Below the pieces are notes generated by a model. That model was not told the DNA's origin. It saw only the letters and a program-made list of their open reading frames with translations, and did not search any database. Positions 18,701 to 25,845 of a stretch of DNA of 64,000 nt are shown in pieces. The number at the start of each line of letters is the position of its first letter. Positions within the stretch are counted from its first letter, which is position 1. This DNA comes from a virus, in the IMG/VR virus record IMGVR_UViG_3300022924_000001, positions 1 through 64,000 of that record. The stretch is one strand, 5' to 3'. The translations under genes and the position numbers were made by a program.

Positions 18701-19662
18701 ATAGTATGGATACCTTCAACAAAATAATTCTCGGCGTTATCAGTATTTTGTATTACTACTATCTTATAATAGTCGTAACTCTTGTCAAGACCTGTCACAG
18801 ATAACCGGATTGCAAAGTTTGTTATGGATGCCAATTCTGTATTGGCTTCCTTGACAATATCATTCTCATCAAAAATAGGGATTGTATTGGTAATGGAAAA
18901 ATACTCGGATATTTCATTTCCCGATGCATCTGAATAGGCAATGAGAAATTCATATGTTCCTGTTTTTAACCTGCCTCCTAATTGTATTGCAAAAGGAGTA
19001 AGGGTAGGCACGCCGAATTTTTTAAAGATCCTCATCTTATCTGCATTGAAGCAGATTACATCTCCTTGGGGTTCCCCGCATACAATATTCTGGGAATTAA
19101 TATAATCTCCAATCTTATCAATTATGATGTATCTGGGAGGATTATTAAAGTCAGTGAAGTAAATAGTCTTACCACACTTCTCATTTTTGATAACTATTTT
19201 CTTTATGGGAAAGTTTATATCAAACCCAAATCCTAGATTGCAGGCATCATTTAAAAGGGTTTCATATTGTTGAAGTGGTACTTGAGTGGTTTCCTCTAAA
19301 GGTTCAGAAAGAACTTTGTACTTTTGGCAGTCCTCGCATGTTACATCAATATCGGCTATATCAGAATTATTCTGGTTATTTCTTATAGTTCCGAATTCTC
19401 CTACACCCGTAGTTGGATTCACTAAAAATATGTATGTATCATCAGTGCTGATATCATTCTTCCCTCCATGAAATCTATATCCTTCTTTGAAACGGGTAGC
19501 TAAAATATTACTTTGCTCATTACTTAAACTGAAAAAATCTTCTGATGAATTCTCTATGTTTGCATTGAAAGCAAAAGAATATTCAGAAGGTTCTAGGTCT
19601 ATAGGATTTTTGCGGGACATCCCTTTTTTAGGGCTGTTTATACTCTGTGCAGGTTTATTCAT
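12754..19662 (-). CDS. giant virion protein (2302 aa) with C-terminal Cys-rich repeats and a vWA domain
   Basis: Single 6.9-kb ORF. vWA signature: DIVFVLDATASQGG (MIDAS-like DxTxS) ... IIFTTDERPSG. It is preceded by CPIGYTLNTETNTCEK / CPSGYSFNTGTQLCER repeats. Confidence 0.85.
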   Translation of the reverse strand: MNKPAQSINSPKKGMSRKNPIDLEPSEYSFAFNANIENSSEDFFSLSNEQSNILATRFKEGYRFHGGKNDISTDDTYIFLVNPTTGVGEFGTIRNNQNNSDIADIDVTCEDCQKYKVLSEPLEETTQVPLQQYETLLNDACNLGFGFDINFPIKKIVIKNEKCGKTIYFTDFNNPPRYIIIDKIGDYINSQNIVCGEPQGDVICFNADKMRIFKKFGVPTLTPFAIQLGGRLKTGTYEFLIAYSDASGNEISEYFSITNTIPIFDENDIVKEANTELASITNFAIRLSVTGLDKSYDYYKIVVIQNTDNAENYFVEGIHTIDDNSVIYTTSERKDRIDFTAIIKRNPTIKKAEGLTDSNNTLFLYGLETEKEWNLQPVVSLMGSFFQWQTSIAKEGLYQSGIAASQFRGYNRDETYPLALRFLTNDGYYTANFPLIGRESTVLDRTEINNQDRASIEASVANCIIQGRTQRWQYYNDAIETGTCLTENIETNIVIEQQKKFCIVESVVVIPAGTLTIENPDDYTNLKDFIEDNKDDCEEYDYCDYFNISDYSDQNCTPVFTDNCGEPELADEILLVNNVMGELVNKIPKSFPDEYVKIRTTPSCSMFTVKPAGGYERDTDFEQQYMPGGDTVYLRNFASPNTQCSYADQLQNIQTIDEPTESYFHMYYGADTLAGVLTSKDAGCDSVYGAGTFYDKIHEGGLWFKSGFQTQDSLIFEVSKYKLNETDDNIDINGADNGAKIRLNIFNKCSSTTPLYCQIIDLRQGTQIKITKSGADVLFEDSNNVVTTVTGFIGNDFYAVLDTPIASGINAASDPFYRTAPTRGCFNVVTRSIEIARIDVSYDSITLDKKQTYVSDCEYEIPIIQDCTAFPYKKGDFGYSESTDTYPDNAELYNSKSLKIDVSDFQDSEIRLQFEQKFTTGYSEGKYLLKNSTDFRCQPIRHFKMPDNKVAPFMWDDRLAPFAPTVIYPLGITVNENVITSFLDIAVKNNLITQQQRESIVGYEVLRGDRTANKSVEASGYLFDMRKYMEEGNTKYYPNYPYNDLGNDKLNYVENRTALLPHNSNSNYNFTFHSPETDFYKRTIPTELKVEGYVFGKSKGNFAPVKDHPKWVILGRKAKTVATLLAGLESAAELAIKLAAAGENYRVQLGTSSSTNIVGIGLSALAASLGGLEAVAITGRYRYEWLKAFRDLGSPKNFAYYYASEGYYNYIQALQEEGNLVRGLNVGKNLKEGNFTTVNDVTGEKLNINNLDRERSVFISLGEDYPLVWEDQYKEYDNGNIDFNSSSLTFASESGIDKSGKSVDIFKNIASPYVKLKNYIAAQYGTLGSITWISTGYRGDLKNPSDSCISIFGGDTFITRYYIKRKLPLFSVDAMGTASLTPFDYRKYNNIGIQPRFFVDYELGGSTSSGAAIFPDFDSEYRFDSLRGERDMYIQEPSKFYLYYYGIPGMMVETEINTDYREARKEPENNFYPNVGDYMDFTQERDVSIKKPNTFFYNPVYSKNTTSLGYRGLPSTYEKELYDCRFDSPNGVRYSLPDNSENNLSDPWLIYRPLDTYEFKTSFGKLKELRGIESEQVLARFENTTAIFNAVDVLVDGITPSTQSLGTGGIFARRPITFSNTELGYGGTQSSQSISNEFGHFHVDAKRGQVMQIENSGKGMKEISGYDQGMRNWFKEHLPFKILKYFPDVDTDNAYNGIGISMGFDSRFNRVFITKKDYVPLDDKCIEYTPTGFVVNDTECNDTPKILTCPIGYTLNTETNTCEKTVLSPACPSGYSFNTGTQLCERTTGDCSEGLDIVFVLDATASQGGTIDNIKNAISSDIVPAIIENFGADYRLSLIVIRDQRGDGQFLFEILEPFSLGNETTFLTQINTVSAAFGAGNPEPSDLALAAALDNSPALDKNGTVVSATTIGVFRENAAKAIIFTTDERPSGFDDAYDFSDWLNADAQATKANNMGVKIFSYFTGNNTVIPPVPPVGITPPNNTYIMQNYASVTGGTYYFKPFGIDISDSVVDAIVNGVGCTETAQPNCVDSCVRDEDICECTQTTEPVLNDVIIPIDITDPEYFKEVSFTIAYSPILNQWISFYSFAPNYYINHQNYFQTGINSIGSDKGLWSHLLTNQSYQVFYGVKQPFIIDYTTKTVLGEKNLESLSFNSNTRRYHGKYDWAELQNKPFSSLVIYNNLSNTGKLELVNNSGSASLISKYPKTSDDKNSQQILATYKNDNWFINYFYNRVLNNDTNNPLWIWDANQINKTINSDIVKFGGKKILEKMKGLYFNIRLTQDQESRYQYIYRFGVTQEKTEQ

Positions 19663-20513
19663 TATTTACCCCGGGCAAACATCCCGAATATTTCTGTTCT
19701 TTTTTTATTTTGCTTGACCATATCTTTCCACCATCTTCCTCCCATTCCTTCAAACTTGGCAGAGGTCATGGCATTGGAAAAACTATCCCTTTCTAATTGA
19801 AGATAAAATTGTACTTTGGCCTGTACGTTTTCATCGTCCCCATTACTCCAAAGATTCTGGTATATTTTTCTCTTCAGGTGGTTCTCTAAATATTCGAATA
19901 CATAATTTCCCTGTACTTCAGGGATAATAAGTTCGTCATTCTCATCTACAGGCAGTCCCTGAAACTCTATAAGAATATTACCGGTGTTAAAATTCGTCTT
20001 TATGAAATCCCCTTCTATTTTTATCTCATACTGGCAGTTAGTGGTATTATTTAAATTTACATTTTTGGTGTGAATTTTAACAGATCCTTTACTTATTTTA
20101 AGTAATTCTGGTTTTCTCCTGTTTTTGCGTCCATCATGAAAATAAGTGGTCTCTGTAACTTCCGTGAACTCTCCATCCTTATAACTGTTACTCTGGTTAT
20201 CCCATTCTTTTTGCGCTTCTTTTCTTACTTTATACCTATAGAAGTCTTCTATAGTATCTTCTTTCTCGTCCTGTTCATATTCTTCTTCATAAAATTTTAT
20301 TGCTGATATCAAGCTGTAAAAGTTATGGGGTAATCTTACCTGACCATTTTTAACTTTCAAAACCGTACTAACAATTGGCATTATGTTTCCCCCGAATTTC
20401 TCCAGACCGTTTTTAATCCACAAATTAAGTGAGAGCTCGTCCAGCAAGCCACTCTCATTATATTGTTTGAGGTCGGTCTGAATTTGTGCTATTAGGTTAC
20501 TGCTGGTTATCAT
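19662..20513 (-). CDS. virion-module protein (283 aa), unknown function
   Basis: ORF track. Its stop shares nt 19662 with the start of the giant gene. Confidence 0.7.
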   Translation of the reverse strand: MITSSNLIAQIQTDLKQYNESGLLDELSLNLWIKNGLEKFGGNIMPIVSTVLKVKNGQVRLPHNFYSLISAIKFYEEEYEQDEKEDTIEDFYRYKVRKEAQKEWDNQSNSYKDGEFTEVTETTYFHDGRKNRRKPELLKISKGSVKIHTKNVNLNNTTNCQYEIKIEGDFIKTNFNTGNILIEFQGLPVDENDELIIPEVQGNYVFEYLENHLKRKIYQNLWSNGDDENVQAKVQFYLQLERDSFSNAMTSAKFEGMGGRWWKDMVKQNKKRTEIFGMFARGK

Positions 20514-21120
20514 TGTTTTTCTTTATTGCGTCCAAAGTCTTTATTCTGTTACCGTATAAATTCTGTAATGGGGTGTAAGCGGACTTATATTTTTTACCAT
20601 CTATTAATTGATAGTAAAGTACGCGTGATATCTTTTTTACCAGAAAGGTTTTATCCATTTGCCATACTTTTAATGCATTGTCTTTTCTTATAGGAATAAA
20701 AGATAAGGAGTATAAAACGCCATCAGTATGTAGATTAGTGTATCTTTTCATCTCTTTACCGTTATATTTCTCAATTATTCTTTTTTGAGGATATCTAAAA
20801 ACAGAAAAATAACCGTAATCCTTAATGAAAACTCCTGCCTCATTGTGTACCATTCTATAGGCAATAGTTTTCAAAGCTTCCTTATAAATTATCTTGATTT
20901 CCTCAGTTGTAATGTCAGGTATTGATGGTAGTATTTTCTCCCTGCAAAAGGTATGGAATTTTTGATTTTTTATAAGTGTTATACAGTTAACTAAGTTTTT
21001 TCTGGTTATATAGCGGTTTGGTATATTCCTGTTTTTTTCCCTATTAAGGTTGGCAGGATTTAAAGGGTTTGACCTCCTGATTTTCCTTACCGCGTCTTCT
21101 TTTCTGTATTTTACTTTCAT
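20497..21120 (-). CDS. virion-module protein (207 aa), unknown function
   Basis: ORF track; overlaps its neighbours at both ends. Confidence 0.65.
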   Translation of the reverse strand: MKVKYRKEDAVRKIRRSNPLNPANLNREKNRNIPNRYITRKNLVNCITLIKNQKFHTFCREKILPSIPDITTEEIKIIYKEALKTIAYRMVHNEAGVFIKDYGYFSVFRYPQKRIIEKYNGKEMKRYTNLHTDGVLYSLSFIPIRKDNALKVWQMDKTFLVKKISRVLYYQLIDGKKYKSAYTPLQNLYGNRIKTLDAIKKNNDNQQ

Positions 21121-21785
21121 TAACTACCCTCATTTAAATTTGGATTCTGGTCAGCCTGAACCTGCTTGGATATACTCACTTCTTTTATAGTTTCCTGTAC
21201 TACTGACTCTAATAATTTATCGCTGCAAACAAATTCGTAATCCCATGCTGACTTGCAATTTTTTTCCCTGCATTCAGAACACTGATCTAAATCGTAAAGA
21301 TCTGTAGGGATTAATTCTACATCTACTGCAAATATTTCCTTATTTATAATGTAAAGACTTCCTTCTTTATCGTAGTATTCTGCTTTATCTTTATAACCAA
21401 GTCTTTTTTTATCTAATCTATGTTGTGCGGGGGTTGTACTGTTAATTTCAATTTCTCCATCCAGTGATGTAACTGATTTTATACTGCTGCCATACTTTGA
21501 ATAAATAAGCTCAGGTAATTTTTTCTTGGAGCGCATTATAGTACTGCACGTCTTGAATTCTATTATAGGGCAGCTTACCACATCGATGCGTTCCATTTCA
21601 AAACATTTCAAAGTTCTGAAAACATTGGCTTCCCTGTAAAGACTGCGGTCATTGAGTTTTTGGCTGATTAGGAATTTAGCTTTTTCCTGCCCTGTCTTTA
21701 AAATATATCTGCGTGAAATCCTGTTATCTTTTCCCAAAGATTTCAATCCGTTAATAACCCTAGATACAAATTCACTGTTATTCAT
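21120..21785 (-). CDS. virion-module protein (221 aa), Cys-containing
   Basis: ORF track. A late promoter architecture lies immediately upstream. Confidence 0.65.
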   Translation of the reverse strand: MNNSEFVSRVINGLKSLGKDNRISRRYILKTGQEKAKFLISQKLNDRSLYREANVFRTLKCFEMERIDVVSCPIIEFKTCSTIMRSKKKLPELIYSKYGSSIKSVTSLDGEIEINSTTPAQHRLDKKRLGYKDKAEYYDKEGSLYIINKEIFAVDVELIPTDLYDLDQCSECREKNCKSAWDYEFVCSDKLLESVVQETIKEVSISKQVQADQNPNLNEGS

Positions 21786-21789
21786 ATTA

Positions 21790-21840
21790 CAAATATACCG
21801 TTTTGGCGTTTATTTTTAAAATTACTTATCTGACGGGTTT
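21790..21840 (-). promoter_or_regulatory. late promoter (AAACCC-N7-AAGTAATTTTA-N19-TATATTTG)
   Basis: Minus-strand reading: AAACCCGTCAGATAAGTAATTTTA, 19 nt, TATATTTG. The -7 box ends only 4 nt before the ATG at 21785, so the mRNA would be leaderless or nearly so. Confidence 0.55.
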
Positions 21841-21870
21841 AAAACAAGAAAAGGGCAGATTTCTCCGCCC
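21841..21870 (-). terminator. rho-independent terminator after the tail spike/fiber gene
   Basis: Minus strand: GGGCGG-AGAAAT-CTGCCC followed by TTTTCTTGTTTT. Confidence 0.6.
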
Positions 21871-21901
21871 AATCCAACTAAAGAGGAAAACCATAACCTC
21901 T

Positions 21902-23761
21902 TTATATTTTCTTCATTGCACCTATTGTGGTATTGTAGTATATATTACCAGTAATAAGTCCTGCTGTAATCGCTGCGGCATCATTGGTGTAACTGGCCTG
22001 ACTTGTAAATTGGAAGCCATTTATATTTGCACTGTTTGCACCTACAGTAACATTACTTGTTGCGGGATCAATAACCTGATTAATATTACTCCCCTGTACG
22101 TAAACACTGGCCGAGCCTGAACCAACTAGTAGAAAAGCCTGAATAACTGAAAAAAGATTGGAAAAATTACAGTTCAACAATCCTAACGAGGTTCCACTGG
22201 TGGTTTTAAGAACGTAATTTATTTGTTGGGTAAACACATAGCCTTCAGTAATCTCAAAATAATTCTTAAGCGGACTTCCTGTAGCTACTACATTGAATAA
22301 CGCATCACTCCCTCCCACTAATCTCGTATCTGTAGTGTTATACGGCCTTTGGCTTGGATCTTTGAAGGACTCTAATCTTACATAACTGTTAAGTATATCT
22401 AGGCTATATATATTTGTTTTAGGTAGGTATATACCGTTTGTTACGGACTTATTGGAAGTATTGTTATAAAAAGAGTTCCACCCTATAGAAATATCATTTG
22501 TTGAAAAAGTAGTATTGCTTATTTTAAATGCTGTCTGGTTTGTAGCCGTAATTGAAGTGTCTGTCATTATCAATCCTCCTTCGGCATCAAAATTCATATC
22601 GTAGCTGTATACATGAGGCGTATTGTTAGCTATATTATCCTGTACAAGTACATCTACACCAAATGACTTTATATTATTGCCTAAACTGTCTTTTGCTAAG
22701 ACATATGTTCCTGTTATGTATGCTGATTCTATTTGACAGTTATCTATCAGCAACGATGAAGTGTTTTGAGTAGTGTATAAAGAAGAGCCAAAATAATTTC
22801 TGTGTCTGACTATACCCTTGCTGCCAGAGTTTATGAGTATTATATTTGAATAACTCATCCTAACATTACTGTTCAGCTTGGAGGAGCCATCAAAGCCTAC
22901 TTTGCTCACAAGAAATTCTGTATCTATGGGGTAATCTGTGGTACCTGAAAAAAATATTGTCTTTTTAATAGTATTATCAGAAACAACACCTAATGTATTT
23001 ACACTTATCTTGTTTTCCAAGATTGTGTTTGCAGTTAACTGTGATTGGTTTACGCTGACATTGGATTGTAGTACGATTTGAGCATTAATATATTGTGGTG
23101 AAGCTATAGTTCCCGTTCCTATTACATTTATTAATGCATCGACATATGTTTTGAAAGGTTTTAGTATAGTACCTGTAGAATCTCCACTGTAATCTTCATT
23201 AACATAAAATTGAATAATATTTTCATCTGCCGGGATTTCTATATTTATCTCACTACCATTTTCGGTTATAACTATACTGTCCGAAGTAAGTGATTTAAAA
23301 GTAAATCTTGTATTGTCTCCGGTAATTGTATTTCCGCTATATACTGCTGTCCCGCTCCCTGTTGACTGAGCACTATACGTTTTTTGATTGGACTCTATAA
23401 AGGTATTTAAAGCTGTCTCATTTACTGACAAAGTAATCTCATTTGTACCCGGAGTTATTGTTATTAAATTACTCCCCAATAAAGTCTTCAATTCTTTTTG
23501 CCCCAGTACATTAGTCTGTTTGAAAATAGGTGTCCCTGTTCCTATATTTATTAGGGTAGAGAAATTAGATATACTTCCAAACTTATCGCATATAAAAGCA
23601 TCAAGTTGAACCAGTACCTCAGATAATGTCTGCCCTTTGAGTATTCCAGAGCATCCCAAATCTACATCCACATTGTTTACACAGGATGAATCTATAAATA
23701 CAGCACATCCTGTACATTTTGGTTTGCACCCACATAAGGATGTTTTATTACAATCACACAT
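21902..23761 (-). CDS. tail spike/fiber protein (619 aa) with Cys-rich N-terminal module
   Basis: N-terminus MCDCNKTSLCGCKPKCTGC...LDAFICD. The body has repetitive N/S/T/G-rich beta-strand-like periodicity typical of beta-helix spikes. It lies in the fiber cluster. Confidence 0.6.
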   Translation of the reverse strand: MCDCNKTSLCGCKPKCTGCAVFIDSSCVNNVDVDLGCSGILKGQTLSEVLVQLDAFICDKFGSISNFSTLINIGTGTPIFKQTNVLGQKELKTLLGSNLITITPGTNEITLSVNETALNTFIESNQKTYSAQSTGSGTAVYSGNTITGDNTRFTFKSLTSDSIVITENGSEINIEIPADENIIQFYVNEDYSGDSTGTILKPFKTYVDALINVIGTGTIASPQYINAQIVLQSNVSVNQSQLTANTILENKISVNTLGVVSDNTIKKTIFFSGTTDYPIDTEFLVSKVGFDGSSKLNSNVRMSYSNIILINSGSKGIVRHRNYFGSSLYTTQNTSSLLIDNCQIESAYITGTYVLAKDSLGNNIKSFGVDVLVQDNIANNTPHVYSYDMNFDAEGGLIMTDTSITATNQTAFKISNTTFSTNDISIGWNSFYNNTSNKSVTNGIYLPKTNIYSLDILNSYVRLESFKDPSQRPYNTTDTRLVGGSDALFNVVATGSPLKNYFEITEGYVFTQQINYVLKTTSGTSLGLLNCNFSNLFSVIQAFLLVGSGSASVYVQGSNINQVIDPATSNVTVGANSANINGFQFTSQASYTNDAAAITAGLITGNIYYNTTIGAMKKI

Positions 23762-23772
23762 ATATTTTTATT

Positions 23773-24000
23773 TTAAGCTTCCAAAGCTGTTATTCTTTCT
23801 TCTAAATCAGATATGAGCTGATTAGCATTCTGTAATGCCAAAACCAAATTTTGGTTTATAAGTAATTGACTTGAGTTTATAGCTACATTTATATAAGGCA
23901 GAGTTACAGGGGTCAATATACACTCTGTGCTTTTAAAATCCCCGTCACACAGAATAGGAGTATCATTGGTGGGCTGAAATATTTGTTCGTTACAATCCAT
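23773..24000 (-). CDS. small Cys-containing coiled-coil protein (75 aa), fiber-cluster accessory
   Basis: ORF track. C-terminal heptad-like LISDLEERITALEA. Confidence 0.5.
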   Translation of the reverse strand: MDCNEQIFQPTNDTPILCDGDFKSTECILTPVTLPYINVAINSSQLLINQNLVLALQNANQLISDLEERITALEA

Positions 24001-24012
24001 TGGTTTTTGTTT

Positions 24013-24363
24013 TTAAGGGCATTCACTGGCCTGTAATGCCTCTATTTGGGCTCGCATTACTGTTATTGTATCTGCCTGTGTTGTTATTATTGTTTTGAGG
24101 TCGCAAATTGCGTCCAACATAAATTGAATTAGTACTTTGGGTGTCTTATCTGTTGGGAGCGTATCACAGTATGTTACAGCACTTAAATCTGTATCTGTCT
24201 TTATTTGTCCTACACTAATATATAGATCATCTATTGTCTCTTCTACGGAAACACATGTCTCATCCACGAGTTCGCTATATTCTGGTATTTCACCCTGATA
24301 CTCCACACAGATAGCAAATGACTTGCTGCATGTATCTTTTCTTTGGTTATTTTTACAAGCCAT
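24013..24363 (-). CDS. Cys-rich protein (116 aa), fiber-cluster accessory
   Basis: ORF track. It shares an LDAxICD motif with the 619-aa protein. Confidence 0.55.
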   Translation of the reverse strand: MACKNNQRKDTCSKSFAICVEYQGEIPEYSELVDETCVSVEETIDDLYISVGQIKTDTDLSAVTYCDTLPTDKTPKVLIQFMLDAICDLKTIITTQADTITVMRAQIEALQASECP

Positions 24364-24410
24364 ACTTTTGTTTTTTTAAGCCCCAGTTTTACCCGGGGCT
24401 ATTATTAATT

Positions 24411-24557
24411 TTATCGCGGACGTTTTGGTCTTGGCGCACCAATCATATCTGTCTCTGTAACGTCAATGCCTGCATCTAAAAGCATAAAATATGCTTGTGC
24501 TATAACCCTATCCTCTTCTTTTAATGGTTTACCATCATATCTAATTTCTAGTCTCAT
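24411..24557 (-). CDS. hypothetical small protein (48 aa)
   Basis: Read by hand: MRLEIRYDGKPLKEEDRVIAQAYFMLLDAGIDVTETDMIGAPRPKRPR. It fills the gap between 24363 and 24562. Confidence 0.35.
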   Translation of the reverse strand: MRLEIRYDGKPLKEEDRVIAQAYFMLLDAGIDVTETDMIGAPRPKRPR

Positions 24558-24561
24558 ATTT

Positions 24562-25761
24562 TTAATAATATTCTATTGCGTTTTGAATTGTGTTTGTTGC
24601 ATTTGTAACTGTACTTGTTAACCTGCATAGTGCTCCGGCAGGAACTGGTGCGGACAATGTAAAATCGTTGTAGCCTGTTAATGCTAATCCTAAGTTAATA
24701 CTGTTTGACACTGTGGCTAAATTGCTAAAAGTTGTACCTCCATTAGTTGAGTATTGAAGAATAACTGTCCCTACTGACCCTAACAACACTGTAACATTAT
24801 AAGCTATTCTTATTGTATAGGTAACAATAGCATCTTTGGTTGAAGATACAGTAAAATTTGTATTTAGGCTTCTGGTTGGGTTGTAGACTGTCTTCAGGCT
24901 CCCTATTGGTGTATACCCTAATGCTGTAACAATCTCTGTAGAAGTAGGTGTATAACTTATTGACTTATACAATGGATCGGTAGAACTTTTAATTACAGAA
25001 AAAGCTGTGAGGCTTTTTGAATAAGCTGGTACTGTGGGGTCTGTCTCTGTCACAATAAAACCGGCTCCATTAGTAAGTTGGTTGGTATTGGTTGGAATTA
25101 AAGGTTTATTCAGTATCTCACTAAGCCCGGTAGACGAACTCCAATCTGATTTAACTTGTGGTGAAGGGATTGAAGGGGTGCCTGTTAACTTACTGTAGGC
25201 AAGTGAACTTATAAACGAAGGGTTTGAGTAGCTTGCAGTTGTGCTTACATTTCCTACTTCCCAACTCCTGTTTGTAGATAGTTCCTGAGTAATACCATTT
25301 ACGGTTATAGTCCTGCTATTTGGTATCTTACCTGCAATTTCAGTTTCCATATTAGCAATAGCGTTATTAGCATAAGCTACCGTCATAAACTCAGTATCAT
25401 CTACACTAATTTCGTTTCCTGTCATGCGTATTCCCTGCCCATTGGTAATCTTGTTTCCTAAATCATCATAATTACCTGAAAAGGCTACTTCTGCAAAAAC
25501 TGGGATATTAAAAATGGCATTCCAATCGGCCTGTACCATATTTATAAGATATCTTCCCGGATCTGTATCGGGTATATCAATAGGTCTTATTACTGTTTCA
25601 CCATTATCCTCTTCCATAGAAGATCCATTAAAATACCAAGTTTCCTGTGGAATGTCTCCTTGCTCCGTTATACCGAGCACAGCGATTGCCTGTCCGTCCT
25701 GAAGTACAAAACCATATAGTTCATCACGAGTAGGAACATTTAAATAATCTCTTAATTTCAA
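24562..25761 (-). CDS. tail fiber protein (399 aa)
   Basis: Contains SDWSSSTGLSEILNKPLIPTNTNQLTNGAGFI, the DW...I.NKP...L.N..GF repeat common in phage tail fibers. The C-terminal part is S/T/N-rich. Confidence 0.65.
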   Translation of the reverse strand: MKLRDYLNVPTRDELYGFVLQDGQAIAVLGITEQGDIPQETWYFNGSSMEEDNGETVIRPIDIPDTDPGRYLINMVQADWNAIFNIPVFAEVAFSGNYDDLGNKITNGQGIRMTGNEISVDDTEFMTVAYANNAIANMETEIAGKIPNSRTITVNGITQELSTNRSWEVGNVSTTASYSNPSFISSLAYSKLTGTPSIPSPQVKSDWSSSTGLSEILNKPLIPTNTNQLTNGAGFIVTETDPTVPAYSKSLTAFSVIKSSTDPLYKSISYTPTSTEIVTALGYTPIGSLKTVYNPTRSLNTNFTVSSTKDAIVTYTIRIAYNVTVLLGSVGTVILQYSTNGGTTFSNLATVSNSINLGLALTGYNDFTLSAPVPAGALCRLTSTVTNATNTIQNAIEYY

Positions 25762-25845
25762 TATTTTTATTTTATAAAGTTTGGGGATATATTTTTGGCT
25801 TTTTTATTTTCAGGTTTGCAGGGGATCTTATTTTTACTTTCAGAA

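Noticed and set aside
21803-22120. 105-aa plus-strand ORF spanning the 21786-21901 intergenic region into the tail spike gene.
   Set aside because: It overlaps the minus-strand terminator and promoter and 220 nt of the 619-aa gene. Its Cys/Thr/Ile-rich composition looks like an antisense artefact.
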